Positions 60,874-64,000 of a stretch of 64,000 bases of DNA are shown here, one piece after another. The stretch is from positions 4,672,001 to 4,736,000 of the forward strand of contig OY760175.1 in the NCBI GenBank assembly GCA_963663165.1, written 5' to 3'. Made by a program: the position numbers and the translations under genes. This stretch comes from an uncultured Desulfospira sp. (GTDB lineage: Bacteria; Desulfobacterota; Desulfobacteria; Desulfobacterales; Desulfobacteraceae). Under the pieces are notes generated by a model, which searched no databases, had not been told where the DNA came from, and was given only the letters and a program-made list of their open reading frames with translations. Numbering within the stretch: the first letter of the stretch is position 1; each line of letters starts with the position of its first letter.

Positions 60874-62166
60874 TTAATCGTCGAAATTCCCTTCAGGTCC
60901 TTTGTCTGAGTTTATCTTTGCGGCGTTTTCAATGATTTTTTCTTTGGTCCAATCTTCTTTGGCTTCGATCTGGGTCCCTTTGGCCCCCGGGGTATGGGAT
61001 TTTGAATTTAGAATTTCTTCAATGACAATATCGGCGGTATCTTTGGCATTAAATACGTCTGTCAGAAGGGTGTAAACAAAGTCCTCGACGTCTTTGGCCA
61101 TCCGGTCCCTGATCTTTTTGGGTTGGGCTACCAGGCTGTTTTCAAAGGGAAGGTTGAGTTTTTTAAAGTTCCCGCCTTTCAACCCATTGGCCTTGGCATA
61201 ATCCAGCATTTTGGCCCAAATTTCTTTAGAGGCCCCTTTGGTATCCTCTTTAATAAAGTTTCCGTCATCATCCTGAATGGCATTCCCATAATCATTGACC
61301 TGAAGTCCCCAGGAAATCATCTGGAGGGCCGTGGCCACGTTGGCCTTTGTGGTCCGGGTTTTGGAAGCAATTTCCCGGAGCCTGTCAGAGTTGTTTCCTG
61401 ATGTGCCGTGCTGGGCACCTGAGACATGGTAAGGGGAAAGGGCCTCATGGATCTGAGCAGTCAACGGCACGCTGATTCCGGTGCCGCTTTGTTCAATACC
61501 GTGGGTGGTGCCGTTGTTCAGGGCAATCCAGTCGGGGAAAATGCCGTGGGCATTCAGTCCCTGGATCAGAAACAGGGCTTCCTGGGCCGTGGAAAGGCCA
61601 AGCTTTCCTTTAATTTCACCTACCTCTGTTTCAAGGCCGGCCCAGTCGGGAACATAGGGGTTTAGCTCAAGGTTGGCCAGCAGGTTCTGGTCGTCGGGCA
61701 GGTGCGAGGCATCAATGGCGATGGAGGTCATGCCGGCATCAAAAATAGACGTAATCTCATTTTTGGCCGGTTCAATATCATCCACGGACTTGATGCCGAA
61801 ATGGTCAGCATGAATGGCAACGGGGATGGTAATGTTCATCTCGTTCATGAAGGCATCGGTAATTCTGGCAATGTTCCAGAAATTGACCGCACAATAGGCA
61901 CCGGTGCCGCCCTCGGAGCGTGCGATTTCAATGATAATGGCGGCATTGGCCCTCTGGGCTGCGGCCAAAGCCCCCCGAATGCAAAAAGAGTTTCGCCCGT
62001 TGGCGGCAATGGTCATGCAGTTCCCCTTTTTTAACATGGCCTGATCAATGTATTTTCCACTGACAATCAGGGCTTTGGAGTTGGGAAACAGCGCTTTCAC
62101 CGTGGGAGGTCTGCCAAAATCAAGGGCGTGTTGAAAATTTTCTGAATATGTGGCGGTTGAAGTCAT
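60874..62166 (-). CDS. fba: Class II fructose-bisphosphate aldolase family protein
   Basis: VAIHADH, SIAIDASH, ETEVGEI, NGTTHG, AQHGTSG, KANVAT. Confidence 0.9.
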   Translation of the reverse strand: MTSTATYSENFQHALDFGRPPTVKALFPNSKALIVSGKYIDQAMLKKGNCMTIAANGRNSFCIRGALAAAQRANAAIIIEIARSEGGTGAYCAVNFWNIARITDAFMNEMNITIPVAIHADHFGIKSVDDIEPAKNEITSIFDAGMTSIAIDASHLPDDQNLLANLELNPYVPDWAGLETEVGEIKGKLGLSTAQEALFLIQGLNAHGIFPDWIALNNGTTHGIEQSGTGISVPLTAQIHEALSPYHVSGAQHGTSGNNSDRLREIASKTRTTKANVATALQMISWGLQVNDYGNAIQDDDGNFIKEDTKGASKEIWAKMLDYAKANGLKGGNFKKLNLPFENSLVAQPKKIRDRMAKDVEDFVYTLLTDVFNAKDTADIVIEEILNSKSHTPGAKGTQIEAKEDWTKEKIIENAAKINSDKGPEGNFDD

Positions 62167-62416
62167 TCTATCCTCCTTTCAAATTGTAGGTTTGGGTTGG
62201 TCCGGTATGTTTCTTTGCATGAAATCCGCTTGAAATCAAGGAGAATCCATTTATGAATATACATTCATGTTGCCTTTTGGGGATAAAACTTAAAAATTAA
62301 TTTGCCCGTCGTTCTGGATGTTTGTTTTAACGATCTAAAAATATTGAATTATGGGTAGTAAGCAGGGATATTGTTAGAGGTATATTGGACTTGACAACTG
62401 CAAAAATTTTCTGGTA

Positions 62417-62444
62417 GATAATGAATGATTATTCATTCATTATC
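62417..62444. promoter_or_regulatory. TetR/FadR-type operator overlapping a sigma-70 promoter
   Basis: Perfect 12-bp arms GATAATGAATGA-TTAT-TCATTCATTATC; TTGACA at 62391-62396. Confidence 0.85.
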
Positions 62445-62449
62445 GCAGG

Positions 62450-63088
62450 GTGACTGAACCTAAGGTTCGAGCCAGGAAAGGTTATAGGAGATTGCAGAAA
62501 AATAAAACAGAAAAATATCATAAAATCCTGAACAGTGCGGGCAGCGTGTTTGCGGAATTCGGCTTTCACAAGGCAACCATATCCCAGATTGCCAGCAGGG
62601 CCGGCGTGGCCGACGGAACCTTGTATCTGTACTTTAAAAATAAGGATGACATTTTATATCAATTCGTCAGCTTTAAAACAAAAATTGTTTTCCAGAAGAT
62701 GAATGAGGCCGTTAAATCGGGCCGGAATGCAGAGGAAAAGTTGCGGAATCTGATTCGGTGCCATCTTCAGGAATTCCAGAACGACAAGAACATGGCCATT
62801 ATTTTTCAGTCTGAAGTCCGGTATCTGCGGGATATTGAATCCCAGATCAAACATATCTCAAAGATGTATCTGGATTTGTTATCCGATATTATCGAGCTTG
62901 GCCAGATTGAAGGGACCATGCGCCAGGATCTTTTCGTGGGCCTGGTAAAACGGTTTATTCTCGGGGCCGTTGAGGGGGTGATCAACACCTGGGTCACGGC
63001 GGAGGGCCGGTATGACCTGCTGGCCATGGCGGATCCCCTGGTCGATCTTTACATGAACGGGGTTCGGGGCAGAATAAATAACAATTAG
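62450..63088 (+). CDS. TetR/AcrR-family regulator (FadR/YsiA-like)
   Basis: GFHKATISQIASRAGVADGTLYLYFKNKDDIL; exact start uncertain. Confidence 0.92.
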   Translation: MTEPKVRARKGYRRLQKNKTEKYHKILNSAGSVFAEFGFHKATISQIASRAGVADGTLYLYFKNKDDILYQFVSFKTKIVFQKMNEAVKSGRNAEEKLRNLIRCHLQEFQNDKNMAIIFQSEVRYLRDIESQIKHISKMYLDLLSDIIELGQIEGTMRQDLFVGLVKRFILGAVEGVINTWVTAEGRYDLLAMADPLVDLYMNGVRGRINNN

Positions 63089-63230
63089 TATATAAATCCA
63101 ACAATAATATATGAATTGGGTAAATTCGGTGAATTTGGCTTTTCCCTTGACTGAAACCATCATGTTTATTAAAGCAATTTGAACTCGAGGTTATTAACTC
63201 TTAGGCAAAATCATTTTGGAGGTGTAACGC

Positions 63231-64000
63231 ATGGAAGCAATCATTGGTCCGGCAAGTTTTAAATTGTTCGGTTTTTTCCCAACAATTATTCTGTCTGTAA
63301 TTATTCCCATTATCGGTGTGGGTTATTTTGCCTATATCATGGCAAGACGGATCGCCCCTCTGGTCAGGGCCGCACCGGACAACCGGTTTGATCATCTGGC
63401 CTTGCGCATTAAAAATTTAATTGTGGTCTGGCTGGGTCAGATCCGGCAGCCGCGGTATATGCTGGCCGGTGTGCTGCATATTGTGATCTTTGCCGGCTTT
63501 TTAATTTTGTCCATCCGCTCCACCTCCCTGGTGATCATTGGTATATCCGACGGGTTTGTGCTGCCCGGTTTTGGCGGCGGTCTCGGGGCGGTGTATAACT
63601 TTATTAAGGATTACGCAGCCACCTTTGTTCTGATCGCCTGTATTATCGCCGCCATCCGCCGGGGATACTATAAACCCAAACGGTATGCGGTACCGGCCAA
63701 ATACGGAAAAGATCACACGGCCGAGGCCGTATTTGTTTTAGGGATTATTTCAACCCTGATGCTGTCAGAGAGTCTATTTGAGGCATCTGAAATCGCCTAT
63801 GCCGCCACCATAGATGCCGGGCATACCCACTTTCTGGCCCCGTTGTCTTTGGTATGGATTTTCAGCAAAATACTTAAGATGTTCACCCCTGAATCCCTCC
63901 AGGGGATTCACATCGTCATGTATTATGTCCATGATCTGTCCTTTTTCTTTTTCTTATGCTTTCTGCCCATGGGCAAGCATTTTCATGTTATCACATCGAT
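63231..64000 (+). CDS. Membrane part of a FadF-like Fe-S oxidoreductase (3' truncated by window edge, not in the ORF track)
   Basis: Translated by hand from the ATG behind GGAGG: MEAIIGPAS...QPRYMLAGVLHIVIFAGFLILSIRS...FLPMGKHFHVITS; His residues in TM helices; follows a FadR-like regulator. Confidence 0.8.
   Translation, partial: MEAIIGPASFKLFGFFPTIILSVIIPIIGVGYFAYIMARRIAPLVRAAPDNRFDHLALRIKNLIVVWLGQIRQPRYMLAGVLHIVIFAGFLILSIRSTSLVIIGISDGFVLPGFGGGLGAVYNFIKDYAATFVLIACIIAAIRRGYYKPKRYAVPAKYGKDHTAEAVFVLGIISTLMLSESLFEASEIAYAATIDAGHTHFLAPLSLVWIFSKILKMFTPESLQGIHIVMYYVHDLSFFFFLCFLPMGKHFHVITS

Overview
Bacterial chromosomal window. Gene content and order point to a sulfate-reducing deltaproteobacterium of Desulfobacteraceae type (inference). 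Bases 1-16.8 kb hold the rpoC 3' end and the str-S10-spc-alpha ribosomal superoperon, here without fusA, adk and map. The rest mixes housekeeping genes (selA, gmhA, ilvN, uvrB, uvrC, rpsA, pdxJ, ybeY, phoH, mazG, fba, flgM) with signalling genes and two accessory patches. Patch 1 (31.2-37.8 kb) has a small secreted cohesin-like protein with a PEP-CTERM-type sorting tail, directly upstream of a large secreted LRR/FN3/choice-of-anchor-I protein that ends in a dockerin-like domain. This is a candidate cellulosome-like cohesin-dockerin surface-display system, but the cargo gene carries a nonsense codon and a frameshift. A PIN toxin-antitoxin pair, a REP-like palindrome, a frameshifted AraC gene and a MITE-like element follow. 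Patch 2 (52-59 kb) is an AraC / MFS / O-methyltransferase / TonB-receptor uptake module. A complete 1539-bp IS701-family element (TTAA target duplication) splits it near the 3' end of the methyltransferase gene. Also visible: a 119-bp MITE with 18-bp inverted ends and a 10-bp target duplication at the ilvN stop, co-oriented heptamer arrays, sigma-54 and sigma-28 promoters, and a FadR-type operator. All family assignments come from motif recognition by eye; no searches were run.
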